64,000 nt of DNA from Psammoneis japonica (taxonomy: Eukaryota): positions 62,001 through 126,000 of the forward strand of contig QPGO01000151.1 in assembly GCA_008632985.1 (NCBI GenBank), read 5' to 3'. A program made the position numbers and the translations under genes. The notes beneath the pieces were generated by a model. That model searched no databases. It was not told the DNA's origin and saw nothing but the letters and a program-made list of their open reading frames with translations. Shown here piece by piece: positions 23,412 to 36,644 of this stretch (position 1 is the first letter of the stretch; each line of letters opens with the position of its first letter).

Positions 23412-26400
23412 CTATCTTTTGCCTCGTTTGTTATGCCGTCCACTGCAGTCCATGTAGCCGTTGTTGTAGGCTTCAATGTAACGAAACGTGTGTCGCATAT
23501 GAGCTAGCATGCCGATTGCCTTTTTCGCTTTGTTCGTATTCCGAGACGGGCGAGTAGTGGATTCATCTTCTTCCGTGTCTGAAAACTCCAAGTCTGTTAA
23601 CAATCGATAACTGGGCAAGAGCAACTTGGCTGTAGTTTCGGAACCGGGAACTTCGTCGGCGTGGCATTGGCAAATGTGGCAGTCTCTCCCATGTCTGCAT
23701 TTTTCTGCCTTTGGAGCGCCTCGTCCCTTCTTCACTTCGAAACGGATCGGCCGTGATAAGAAGTCCCTGTATTCCATTTCTTGTTCACTTTTTTTGCGAG
23801 AGCCATAGTAGTAGTCGTGCTCAAGGCGATCAGTCTCGCATTTTTCCTTGTATCGAAGTTTCTCTATTCGTTCTGCGTCAGCATTTTGTTTTCGATCCTT
23901 CATTCCTTTGTTGTATAGCTTTATCTCCGTGACATGTTCGCCGTCTTTCAAAGTATCGCCGTGCGTGTTCTGTAGCTCTTTAAGCTGCGCCTCCACCGCC
24001 ACAAGTGCGGAGGCAGTGGAATTACCAAAATCAATCGGAATAGAGTTAGACGCCTCGTAGTCAGACACGACGTGACTAAACTCCAAGCGTGACCAAGGCA
24101 ATTTATCACATGCGACAGCATTTTCTTCCGATTCCGGGGCCGAACCAGTTCCGAGGGTCTTTGGGTCGGAGAAAGACGATTCATGCCGTTGCGTCGCGGC
24201 CACACTCGCACCCCTACTTCTCTTCCGTTTGGGGCGCTCCGAAATTACCGGGGATGGCGCATTTGATGGCTCGGTGTCCTTCGTGCTTGTCGTACCATCA
24301 ATTGGAGCTTCGACTGGGGGAGAGACCGTTTTTGGGTGATAGTTTCTCGAAGAAGCTCCTCTTCTCTTTTCCTGTTGAGCTGAAAGTGGTTGCAGCTTAG
24401 TTGCCTCTCGACGTTCAATGAATGTCATTGGACCACTTCCGGGAACGTATTTGCAGAGTGAATGACATGACGGGCATTTGTCCTGGTCGTAAAAGCACCA
24501 GCCTTTGCATTCTGGACACGGGAAACCGTCTCTTGCGTGACCTGGCCCAGCAGCATGTTGCGACGTCTTCGCCTGTGTCGCGCCATACCGATTAATTTTC
24601 TTGATCTTACGTTTGGACTTTCCATAGCTCTCGGCATCGTAAGACACCCTTAAGTCTTTTTCAAACAGCGGCACACTCCCTTTACTTGAAACCCGCCAAC
24701 AATCATTTTCAAGGCTCGCTAATTCTCTACTCCGCCTCTTACTCTTTGACTTCGACGGTGGGATAAATGCGCTTGAAATATCAGAATCTTTCTCCTCAGC
24801 GTCTTTTTGTATACCTTCCATCATGTCCATACTTGATGATGCGTTAGCTCGCTCAGCTTCCGAGATAGAAATGGCTGTCATGCCACTATACTCCCGCCGA
24901 CGAGAACAAGCCTTCCCCGTGGCTTCGCTCCTTCTTGTGTGACGCTTCGTGCGCATATCAGCGCTTGACAACGGCGCCGTGTCTGTGACTGAATTGTTTC
25001 CTTCTGAGCTAACTCCGTGGATGGTGGTAGATTTCAGAACAGATGGAGAATCCAGCGCGGGTTTCGATGTCACTGAGTTATGAGTCTCCCCCGCCGCGGT
25101 CTCTCTCGCATCTTGAGAAGCAACTGAAATGGGCAAGGGCTCCGCGGCTTTGTTGTTACTCTTGCAGATCTTCGCACCATTTCCATCCACATATTTAACC
25201 GAAACGTGGCATTCAGGACATCTTGTCGCATCGTACGAGCACAATGCTGAACATCTAGGTGCGGGGCAGGTAAACCCATTGCCAACGAGATTCTCCGAAG
25301 TGCCGTTTTCAAAGGCTTTCTCTGCGTCTGTAGGCGCTTCAGGATCATATCGGACAGGTTCCATCTTGGTTCGTTTTGGCCGCCCCCTACCACTCGAGCC
25401 AATTATTTCCCCAGATGCGAAGGCGAATAATTGAATACCATGTTTCTCGGTCCCTGAAGAAGGACTTCGAGGGCGCCCCGTGGCTTTGCTCCGTTTTGTG
25501 CGCCTATCAGCGTTTAAGAACGGCGACGTATCTGTGACTGAATTGTTTCTTTCTGCGCTAACTCCTTGGATGGTGGTAGATTTCAGAATCGGTAGAGAAT
25601 CCAGCGCGGGCTTAGATATCGCTGAGTTATGGGTCTCGTTCCCCGCCGCAGTCTCTCTCGCATCCTGAGGAGCAACTGAAGTAGGAAAAGGCTCCGCGGC
25701 TTCGTTGTCACTCTTGCAGATCTTCGCACCATTTCCATCCACATATTTAACCGAAACGTGGCATTCAGGACATCTTGTCGCATCGTACGAGCACAACGCT
25801 GAACATCTAGGTGCGGGGCAGGTAAACCCATTGCCAACGAGATTCTTCGAAGTGCCGCTTTCAAAGGCTTTCTCCGCGTCTGTAGGCGCTTCAGGGTCAT
25901 ATCGGACAGGTTGCATCTTGGTTCGTTTTGGCCGCCCCCTACCACTCGAGCCAATTTTTCCCCCAGATGCGAAGGCGAATAATTGAATACCATGTTTCTC
26001 GGTCCCTGAAGAAGGACTTCGAGGGCGCCCCGTGGCTTCGCTCCGTTTTGTGCGACTTTTCGTGCGCCTATCAGCGCTTGACAACGGCGGCGTGTCTGTG
26101 ATTGAAATGTTTCTTTCTGCGCTAACTCCGTGAATGGTGGTGGATTTCGGAATCGATAGAGAATCCAGCGCGGGATTAGATATCGCTGAGTTATGGGTGT
26201 CGTCCCCCGCCGCGGTCTCTCTCGCATCCTGAGGAGCAACTGAAATGGGCAAAGGCTTCGCGGCTTTGTTGTTATTCTTGCAGATCTTCGCACCACTTCC
26301 ATCCACATATTTAACCGAAACGTGGCATTCAGGACATCTTGTCGCATCGTACGAGCACAATGCTGAACATCTAGGTGCGGGGCAGGTAAACCCATTGCCA

Positions 26401-29400
26401 ACGAGATTCTCCAAAGTGCCGTTTTCAAAGGCTTTCTCCGCGTCTGTAGGCGCTTCAGGGTCATATCGGACAGGTTCCATCTTGGTTCGTTTTGGCCGCC
26501 CCCAACCACTTGAGCCAATTATTTCCCCAGACACGAAGGCGAACAATTGAATACCATGTTTCTCGGTTCCTGAAGAAGGACTTCGAGGGCGCCCCGTGGC
26601 TTCGCTCCTTTTTGTGCGACGTTTCGTGCGCCTATCAGCGCTTGACAACGGCGCCGTGTCTGTGACTGAATTGTTTCTTTCTGCGCTAACTCCGTGAATG
26701 GTGGTAGATTTCAGAATCGATAGAGAATCCAGCGCGGGATTTGATATCGCTGAGTTATGGGTTCGTCCCCGCCGCGGTCTTTCTCACGTCCTGAGGAGGA
26801 ACTGAAATGGGCAAAGGCTCCCCGGCTTCATTGTCACTCTTGCAGATCTTCGCACCATTTCCATCCACATATTTAACCGAAGCATGGCATTCAGGACATC
26901 TTGTCGCATCGTACGAGCACAATGCTGAACATCTAGGTGCGGGGCAGGTAAACCCATTGCCAACGAGATTCTCCGAAGTGCCGTTTTCAAAGGCTTTCTC
27001 CGCGTCTGTAGGCGCTTCAGGGTCATATCGGACAGGTTCCATCTTGGTTCGTTTTGGCCTCCCCTTAATACTTGAGCCACTTATTTCCCCAGACGCGAAG
27101 GCGAACAATTGAATACCATGTTTCTCGGTCCCTGAAGGACCTTGAGGCTGCTTGCGCTTATTGTGTTTTCGAGGTTTCGTCTTCATGACCTCGATCAAAT
27201 CGTTTTGAGCTTCGGGCGACTTATTTGCATTTATTGCGCCTTCTCGGGATGGTGTATTGCCTCTCTTGCTGATGCTGTCATCATCTCCCAGCGAGTGTTG
27301 GTCCAAGTCCAAAGAATTCGTAACGGCCTCTTTTGCGACTCTCTTTGCCTTTTTATCGCCGCTTTGTACTTCTCCTCGGCGTTTCCCGTCCTTTTATCGA
27401 TTAAGTTGTACTCTTTCAAACACCTCAATGCGGCCTCACGAGCAATCTTTACTTGCTCCTTCGTATCAAACATACTAATGTAAATTCTCTTCCCACTATG
27501 GTTGACGTTGCATCGCATTTTCTTTCTTGTCATCGTTGCTTCGCTCAAGTCAGATTTTTCTGATCTTTGCTTCGTGTCACCAGCTTTCTCGTCGACCAAT
27601 TGATGCTGTCTTTTTTAACTTCTAAGAGCGCATGTGGCGCCGCCCGTTTCCTACCCGATGCGGGTCGTGAGACTTTCGGAATGTGGATTTCTCCAGAAGA
27701 ATTTCCTATCCTTCTCTTCCTTGGACGAGAATCCACCGTCGCTGCGCATTGTGTAGCGCTAATTTCAATGCCTGACGCATTTGATTGACGTTGAGATTCC
27801 CGATGAGAAGCGCTCGCCTTGTCTGTAGCTTTGCGACTCCTTGTGCTATGACCCGGGGGTCCATTGTTACCCAACAGCCCTAAGTCAACAGGAGGATAAT
27901 CTCCTTTACAACTGACGCGAACGTCGTTCTCTTCGCTCGCATCGGAGGTGATGTTGCGTGGATAGCCGTGCTTTGAACCTTCGTCCTGTATTGCATGATT
28001 CGCACCTTCGTTACTCATATCTATTCCAGGGTCGTCTTCGTGATCGCTTTTCGTGTCGTCACCCCGTTCCTGCTCCATACTCTCATTGAAGCTGCCATCG
28101 TGTCCGTGCACACACGGGACGGCATCAAAAGCTGCTCTCTTCGCAGAAGCAACAGCCCTCTCCACGTTTAAGTCCGACATCTGCTCCTCGTCGCGAGGCA
28201 GATATGCTTTCAAAAATTCATTTGCTGCATTTAGAGCAAGCACGGCTTTCGCTTCCGAGTCATACATCCCTATTCGCCTTTCCCATTTGGAAAAGATCAA
28301 CACTGACACTTCCCACTTTGATTCCGAAAATTTTCTGATACCACTTTCCGCAAACTGCCTTGAACTGCCTTCACTACCCTTGTCAGTCACAGCAGGTATC
28401 TCTTGGCTTGACGCTTTACTCGAAACAGGGCCAGTAGTATTCGAACACTCGTCGTCGTCGCCGTAAGGCAACACGCTTGCTACTTGCGCCTTCTCTACAT
28501 TTACCACCCGAGGGATGGTAATAGCGTCCGAAGTATCATTTGCTGTACCCAACTCTGGAGAAACCTTGTTATGACAGGCCCGTGCAGTTGAAGTGACCAA
28601 GTAATCAGACCCACTTCTCATTGCCCTGGCCGTAGACGGAGGAAGCAATGTCCTTATCTTCTGAGAAACAATACAATCGTCAACAACATTCTGAATAGCA
28701 GCAGTCATCTCCTCATCAAAGACGTGTGGCATTGTGGACATTGTTTTCTCGGTCGTATCGACTGTCCACCCGTCGTAGCCTTTCGGAAGGAGTCTGGGAA
28801 TCGCAACGCCGGTCGAAGCCAGGTACATTGTAGTTCTTATCACCTTTGCCACGTGGTCGCCCCACGCCTCTGGATGATGATCTTGTAAAAGATGCCGCAC
28901 AAGTGGTTTCATGTCGATTTCTGTCTTGCTCACCCGAGAACGGCAGCTGACCGATGCTGACAAGATGTTTTCGTCTTTAGAATCGTCTGCTGAAGTCACA
29001 ACTTTGCTGCTTGCCAATTTCAGCATATTGCATAGTTCAGCACATCCCAGTATGAGCTGAACCAGGAAAAGCGGAGGTGAAAATAAGCAGTTTTCTTTGT
29101 GGCGCAACACGGCAACGGTCACTGCAGGCACTGGGAGGTTTGCAAGAACACCACCGTATCTTTGGTTCGGACTGTCATCGGTGTCGTATGGATCCTCCGT
29201 GAGTTTTGCAAGAACACCACCGTATCTTTGTTTCCTCGGCCTGGCCTCGGCGAAGTATTCTTGAAAATAAACTACCCAAACACATCTCTCAGTGTCGTAG
29301 ATGCAGGACCCACAATTGGTTTTAATGCTGAGTGGGCGGTCCAAGTAATCATCTGATGAAATGGGAGAGGACCTGTTGTCAGAATCCGTTGAGGCTGATA

Positions 29401-29461
29401 GACATGATTGGAGAGCTTTCACAGCTTCTTGATATTCCTTCGCTGCGATAGAGTGATGCAT
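23412..29461 (-). CDS. Very large (~2000 aa) putative nuclear protein: two AP2-like domains plus 4-5 Zn-ribbon/AT-hook-like repeats, interrupted by 3 frameshifts
   Basis: Consecutive ORFs 27545-29461, 27231-27599, 26755-27312 and 23412-26648. AP2-like segments KWEVSVLIFSKWERRIGMYDSEAKAV and KMRCNVNHSGKRIYISMFDTKEQV. Repeats GRGRPKRTK...FTCPAPRCSALCSYDATRCPECH. The true start may lie in an upstream exon (donor near 29697). Confidence 0.65.
24910..27140 (-). repeat. Four near-identical intragenic tandem repeats of ~550-565 bp
   Basis: cgcatcgtacgagcacaa recurs at ~25227, 25780, 26343 and 26905; the protein units are visibly near-identical. Confidence 0.92.
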
Positions 29462-30069
29462 AGCGTTCGTTGATAATCCGCTACCTGGAGTGTCTTGAAC
29501 AGTAAGAATGACGGAATTGTGGTGAGTGCACTGCTATGGAAATGCAACAGTTCGATAAGTCAAGCACGAGGCGGATCAGAATAAAACGCGTGTTTGTATA
29601 ACGTCACGGGCGCATTGCGAAACAATCAGAAGAGCGTGGTATAGTAGAGGCAACCAATCATTCGAAACTACAATCTACTCTACAATAAGAGACTCACTTT
29701 CTTCTTCCAGCGGCTTTCTCTGATGTTGCGCAGAAGATGGGCAATCGGAGCTGTCCTGACGAATCATCGTTGCTGCTCAGAGACAGCTCGATTTATTGTC
29801 CGACGAGCACGACAATAGAGCTTCACAATTCGTTGGTGTTGGGGATTGCTCTTATCGATGATGCATTTGGTGAGTCCTTACATACGCCGTCATTCGCTGC
29901 TTCATGTCCATTGCGTCTCTTTCTTCTGCAGCGTGTAGTGTGCGCGCGGAAAGGCGCATGTCTCGATATCTGATTTGGCGCGCCAAGTTCAGGGGGCAGT
30001 AGGAAAACAAATTTTTATTCATCAATAGATATCTTTGTTTTTTAAAAGAGTGTTCGCATCAAGATGTAT

Positions 30070-30900
30070 GCATGCATAAACTCTACTACAGTTATACGGT
30101 ACTGTACTGCTCTCTCTATTATACTCTCTCTACTCTCTTAGCTACTACCGTAGAGTAGAGAGAGTAGGTAGATGAGTAGCTACTCTCTACTACTAGGGCC
30201 CTAGCTCTAGCTACTAGTAGAGAGTAGAGTAGTAGTAGTAGTAGTGGCAGTAGTACAGCAGCAGCAGCAGCAGTAGAGAGCCAGCTGCCAGCTAGAGAGA
30301 GTAGCAGCTAGCTACTTCTAGAGAGTAGAGGGTACACTCTCTCTACACTCTATGTACTGTACTCTCTCTCTACACTGTAGCTAGCGGTAGAGAGAGAGTA
30401 GAGTAGCTTCTAAGAGTAGAGCTCTCTCTAGAGCGTAGAGAGCTCTCTAGTGGAGAGAGAGTTGAGGGCCCTACAGCAGGGACTCTCTAGAGTGGAGTAG
30501 AGTAGAGTAGAGTAGAGTAGAGTAGAGTAGAGTAGAGTAGAGGGCCTATCGAAGGCGAAAAGGATATCATGTACAGTAGGAGGCGTCGTCGTCAGAGTAC
30601 TGTACAAAACAAGCAACAGCAACTAGAGGGATGAGCATCCCTCTCTCTGGCTAGCAACTTTCTACAGCACCGGCAGACAGTAGCTAGCCCTCTACTATAG
30701 CCCACTCCTCGTGAACAAGTAGTGTCTACGGTACAGTGTCACCTGTGTGGAAATGGTTTCAGGGGTGCATCTTGCCGTCGCTAGTCGGTACGCCAGGCGC
30801 CATCCTGGGTCCACTTTCCAGCACTTGTAGAAAAACATACATTGTCACAGTGCTGCTACACTCTACTCTCTAGAGAGTACCTAGTTGTAGAGCGCAGTCT
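30070..30900. repeat. TAG/CTA-rich low-complexity tract including (AGTAG)n at ~30496-30542
   Basis: Dense tagag/ctag/ctac/agtag words; about 9 AGTAG units; short (AGT)n and (AGC)n runs. Confidence 0.85.
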
Positions 30901-31146
30901 GGCGTGAAGCAGAAAAAAGGTTGGTCTAGCTAGAGATTTCAATGTGACGCATTAAGGTATCTAAGATGTCTCTTGAGAGACGAAGCTAACAAAAAGACTA
31001 AATTTACAGCATGTGCGAAAAGATTGTTCCACTTCAACGCGACCCAAACGTGCCCTCCGTCACGAAAGAGAATGCACTGCTACCAACGCAACCAAAGCGA
31101 AAGGAAGAAAAGTTAAAGTGTTCAGGACAACGACATGCTCTTCATG

Positions 31147-34100
31147 CTACATGGCAGCCTCTTCCTTGGGCCCGTCAGCGTAAACACTGGTGTGGTCGCT
31201 GCCGCACGGTTGCTTTTCCTCCTGGACAGATGCATTGGCATCAGTGTCGTACGCTGGCAGGGCACCAGGGGGAACGACCATGATGCATTCCTCTTTGCGA
31301 TGTGCCAGAGGAGGCAACAAATCACGAGTGCACACGGACGATTCTTCTTGTAGAGTAGAAGAACGGACAGAATCAAAGCCAGCTTCTTCCTGGAGCACCG
31401 TGGCCCCTTCACGGGCGTTTGTACCATGCGATTGACCTGCAACATGGGCAATCAAAAGAACGAATGAGGAGCTGATGATCAGATGCCACGATGAGACAAA
31501 ATCGAAACAATCCAATTACCGGATCTTACCACTCTGTTCTAAAGCCGCTGTCTCGTTCTCATTTGTCGCGGCTGAGACTTTGTCAAAAGAATTTGAAGCA
31601 AAAGTCTCGTTCGCAGCTTCCGCTTTCTTCCTGGAAGCTGAAGAGTTGATGTTCTCGTCTCTCAAGCCTGGAGATTCGACCGTTCCTCTCCCGTTCCAAG
31701 ATCCGATCCATCCGAGCCGGGCCATTGTCTCCTCAGCAGGAAATTCGCCGACTTTAGCTTCCACCCTATCAAGCAATGCCTTTTCTTCCTCGACAGTTGT
31801 GAATCTATAATTCAACGTGAACCACTTGTGGCACCGGCAGGAGCATCCTGCACAGTAGCCACAACTGATGCAACAAGGGCCTTTCTTGCAGGGGCAGCGA
31901 GACTGACGATCTTTGTTAAAATGACCAGTGTGATTGGTGGTGCTGTGCTTCCTGTCATTCAACGGATGCATCTGATCAAACCTCTTGTACCTTTCCTCTG
32001 TGTGGCAATCAACGCAAATATTATAATCCTTGTGCAAGATCTTCTCGCACCCGTCGCAATGCATGTACACATTCGACAACTCCTTTTGGCACAGACGGCA
32101 AAAGAAATCGCCGTTTCCATATGGATCAAGTGCAAAAGCGTCAGGATTTTCCCACGAGTTGGGCTTCTTCGCAATAGAGACACGGTCTGATCTAGACCTT
32201 GGGTTAGCTTGAGCCATGGCAGTGCTCTCGGCCTCTACGTGTTTTCCCACGACATAGCGAAGCGACGGAAGGATCCCCTTCAGTATTGTACCAGGGGAAG
32301 GAAATGCATGCGTGTCTGATCGACTTGTGCTCTTGGAGAACTGCATCCAACTGCTCTCCGCGACTTCCAAGGCGGTGGACCATCGCTGTGCCATCTGCAG
32401 AATGGAATGCTCCGGAATAGCGAGCGTTTCCTTTGACAAGTTGTTGCGGTTCAAAGCTGCACATTCCAGCATCGACACGATTTCGCGGTTGATCCCTTCG
32501 CTGGACACCCCTCGATACATCCAGTCCCAGGCTACCGAGACGCAAATTTCTTCCTTGTACGCCCCACCAAGATCATAAAGAATCGCACCACGGAGCTTCG
32601 CGTGGCAGTCCTTCTCTGGGAGGGGCGACGGTGCCATCTTTCGAAAGGCGTGCAGCCTTCCCTTGTTGATATGGACAAGCTGTCCTGGTTTTAGAATGAA
32701 AACTGAAGGACAATACCTTTGCCATACGAGAAGCGGCAATGAGGACGCTAATGGTGAGAGAAGAAAGCAGGAGGGTTACAAAATGAAAACAAGTACGTAC
32801 CCCATTTCTCTGCACCTCTCTATCGAGTCACATTCTGGCCAAGTTGGTTTTGCTCCCTGGTCGGAGAAAGTTTAAGCAAGTGAGAATCGGCAGTAGCAAA
32901 CATACATTTTCGTGGCAATAATCAAATTCCGGACGTACCACGCCATCCCCGTGGGGCAGACCGTATAAAGCGTCATACTGTCCCGTGCCGTTCATTCCCG
33001 ACCCGCTGAGAAGGTACAGAGCATACTTTTTGTGTTTTTCTGGCAGACGCCGCAACATCACGACTTCATTGTACCCTGAGAGACATTGATGTCCGGAATC
33101 TACTGTGCCGTGTCCATCTTGGTGAAAATGAGTAAAGGATGCTGGAGGGGTTACGTAAAGGTTTGGACCCATGAATGGACGACCATTCTCATTGACCTGC
33201 GCAACCGCAAAAAGCAAGTAGCGCACACGTGAGAAGCCATTGGGCGCGTTAGGAAATAAGTCTGCAACTGACGTACGTACCGCGTTCATCATGCAGTCTT
33301 TTCCTCCAGGCAGAATGCCAGGAAGCTTAAACTTAGAAGCGAAGTTTTCGTATGCAGTCGGCAGCAACTTGATGATATCGAAATCGATCATGTACAAGAC
33401 GGTGTCAATCACGTCAATACGATTCTCCCTCTTTTCGCCGTCAAAAAAAGCAAAGTCCGTGTCAGCCGATGTCCTTTCATCACGTTTGTAAGTCAGTATA
33501 TCATGCTTGCCTAGAGCATCCTGGCGCGCATCCAAATACCGAACATAGTCCTCAATCTTCATCGAAACGCACTTGTCCACTTCCTCGTACTCAACGGAAC
33601 TGCAGTCTTCCTTTCGCTCAAACTTGCGGAACTTGTGGTAATATTGCCGCCCCGCAATATTTCCAAGATGCTGGGCGCTCCACAAATCAGGATTGAGATC
33701 ATCCGCAAGTCCTTCACTTATGACTGAGATGTCATCGCGTTCCATCATTGACAAGAGAAACGCCTCATCGTCCTTGCTCACAAATACAGCGCCGCTATGT
33801 TTATTTCGAAAATTGCCATGAAGAACGCGTGAGTCATCATGCCATGTCCATTCACAATGGCCAGTGCTTGGAAACTCCGGGAGATCTGGAGGTGGAGGTG
33901 GAGGCAGCGGTGGCAGAGCTCGCTGGTGGTCGGTGTGTTCGAGAGTCAATGTCGGATTATACAAACGCCACGCGATTTCTTCATTGTACGAATCACAGTT
34001 TTCCGGCGTAGGAAGACCAGCGGTAAAGTGACTAATGTCGAGCGTGCGGGGCTTCGCTGGACGCAACTGCTCTCCTACATTTGAATGTGTTCCATCTGCC

Positions 34101-35863
34101 AGACTGACGGAGTTTTTTGAGCTTCTTGACGTAGCACCATGATGCTCCCTGAGCAATTCTGAAGCTTTTCGGGCTTCTTTCGTACTCCTCCGCAAGCGGC
34201 GTCCGCCGTCTTTTGATTCCGGAAGGTCCGCAGCAAATAGCCTAGCCCGCTTCGTCCCAGCGCCATGAGCGTTCGAGTCTGAATCTCGGCGATTCCGTTT
34301 CTTGGTTATCTTCTCCTTAGATGTCTTGAATTTTTCTGGATTTGCTTGTCTGTATTCTTCAGCGGCAGCTAATCCAGCTGCTTTTGCTTCCCACACGAGG
34401 CTTTTGATCTCCTCCTCGGATTTACCATCGGAGTTCTTCATAAATAGCATAGCCGTGTCATACCCAATCTGCGCTTCCTCCCTTGTTCTGTAAAGGCCGA
34501 AATAGCGCGCCTTGTTGCCAAACTTGTGCTGTGTCCTGTACTTTTGATTTTGATCAACCCAAAGAATAGGTTTGAGACCAGCGGGTTTTCCCTTGGCTCT
34601 GACGGCAACTTGCCTTGGACGATCTTCCTTGGAACTAGAATCTTTCGGCGCCTTGACGGCAACCTTCGTTGGCCGATCTTCCTTGGAACTCGAATCTATC
34701 GGCGCATTGACGGTACCTTCCCTTGGACGATCTTCCTTGAAACTAGAATCTTTCGGCGCCTTGACGGCAACCTCCGTTGGCCGATCTTCCTTGGAACTCA
34801 AATCTTTCGGCGCCTTGACGGCAACGTCCCTTGGACGATCTTCCTTGGAACTCGAATCTATCGGCGCTTTGACGGCCACTTCCCTTGGACGATCTTCCTT
34901 GGAACTCGAATCTTTCGGTGCATTGGACTTGTCAACGGCTGCTCGAGCAGCTTCTTTTGCTTCCACGACGAGCTTTTGAATCTCCTTCTCCGGTTTACCG
35001 TCGGAGTTCTTCATGATTGCCATCGCGGTTTCAAGCGCAAGCTGCGCTTCGTCCAACGTGTTGTATTTGCCGAAATAACGCTCCTTCTTGCCGAAAACAT
35101 GTGCAGGTCTAAAGCGCTTGCCTCCATCAGCACGGTATATATGTTTGACCCTTTTTCCTTGGCGGTCAACCAGTGGACGAGCTTTTGAAGGACGATCTTC
35201 CTTGGAACTCGAATCTTTCAGCGCCTTGACGGCAACTTCCCTTGGCCGATCTTCCTTGGAACTCGAATCTTTCCGAGCCTTGACGGCAACTTCGGTTGGA
35301 CGATCTTCATTGGAACTCGAATCTTTCAGTGCATTGAGCTTGTCAACGTCTGCTCGAGCAGCTTCTTTTGCTTCCACGACGAGCCTTTGAATCTCCTGCT
35401 CCGATTTACCGTCGGAGTTCTTCATGATTTGCATGGCGGTTGCAAGCGCAAGCTGCGCTTCCTCCATCGTTTTGTATGTGCCGAAATAGCGCTTCTTCTT
35501 GCCAAAAACATATATAGGTTTATAGCGTTTGCCTCCATCAACAATGTATATATGTTTGACCCTTTTTCCTTGGCGCTCGGCCCGCGGACGTGCTTCGGAG
35601 GAACCCGACCCATCCTCCAGAGCGGCAACAGGCCTCGAAGACGCTCTTGATGAACGGCGAGGACGGCTAGATGTGACCTGCCCCTCCACGATGCTTTGCG
35701 GCTGGGGTAGATCAGGCATCCCGCTCGGCATTGTCGCCTCCGTTGGATTGCTAGCGATCCCTGAGATGCTGGGTGAGATCTCGACATGTTTCCCGTGAAA
35801 ATCACAATTATCGGTCATGTCAACATCAATTATGGAGGAACCTACTGCCGATTTGCCCGACAT
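31147..35863 (-). CDS. JmjC-domain protein (putative histone demethylase) with three N-terminal AP2-like domains and a C-terminal Cys-rich zinc finger; 5 exons
   Basis: AP2-like x3 (GKKKRYFGTYKTMEEAQLA). JmjC: GPNLYVTPPASFTHFHQDGHG...PGQLVHINKGRLHAFRK...SVAWDW, with an HxD...H triad. Zn finger CRLCQKELSNVYMHCDGC...CVDC. Introns near 33280-33198, 32938-32858, 32800-32710 and 31529-31438; last exon ends 31147. Confidence 0.85.
34600..35335 (-). repeat. 54-bp (18-aa) coding repeats KAPKDSSSKEDRPxEVAV and a duplicated AP2-like module
   Basis: gatcttccttggaactcgaatct recurs ~6 times at 34620-34915 and ~3 times at 35190-35330. Confidence 0.9.
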
Positions 35864-36320
35864 AATATCTTTTGATGACTATCCTTCGTTATGTAAGAAT
35901 TGGAAAAAGCGGAGCTTTGAGAGTCGGCTGTTGGAATCAATCTTATGCGGTGGCTGCAGATACCGGTACAGAACACGGAACCTTACGACTTCAAGCCGAC
36001 TGATGCTGGACTTGCCCAAACGCACCTTGAACCTGAAAGAATCACTTGACGTTGAGAACTTCAAATGGAACAGAAATGCTGTATGCCTGTATGCACTATC
36101 GTTCAGGCTGTTTCTCTGGTGCTTTGGGTTTCAATGGGAGTGAAGAAGACCGCAGACCGTGTTTCTTCAGATCGCATTGTGGTTTTGCTCCACGGTCGGT
36201 CGCAAGTCGCAAGTCGAAGACTACTTCTATATAAGCAAGTATTCAAATCTGTATAAAATGATTTTTTTAAAGAAGACGAGCCACCGGCAGACGGACCATG
36301 CTATCGTGATCTATCCTATC

Positions 36321-36644
36321 CAGTGTTAACTAATTGCCAGGATCGATTGCAATCAGCCTCACTTTGATTGCAATCGCAATTGCAAACTCGATTGCAATGA
36401 CCTGATTGTCGGGAAAGAGCCGAGGTCGCAATCACAATCGACTGTTGCAATCGATTGCAATCGAAATTCGAGCTCTTTTTTTAGCTAAAATCAGTGAAAT
36501 AGCTCGATTTCTTCGCCTGCGGCGGGCTTCGTCAGACCGCGCAATCGCTGCGCGATTGCAATTAACCAATTGCTGTTCCACAGCGATGCAATCGACTGAT
36601 TGCAATCTGATTGCTGCAGAAAACTTTGCAATTAGTTAACCCTA
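36321..36644. mobile_element. 324-bp MITE-like element with 17-bp TIRs and many internal GATTGCAATC palindromes
   Basis: Left end CAGTGTTAACTAATTGC; right end GCAATTAGTTAACCCTA (reverse complement TAGGGTTAACTAATTGC, 15/17). Termini resemble hAT ends; no clear TSD. Confidence 0.7.

Noticed and set aside
34526..35390. Plus-strand repetitive ORFs
   Set aside because: Antisense shadows of the 54-bp coding repeats in the JmjC gene.
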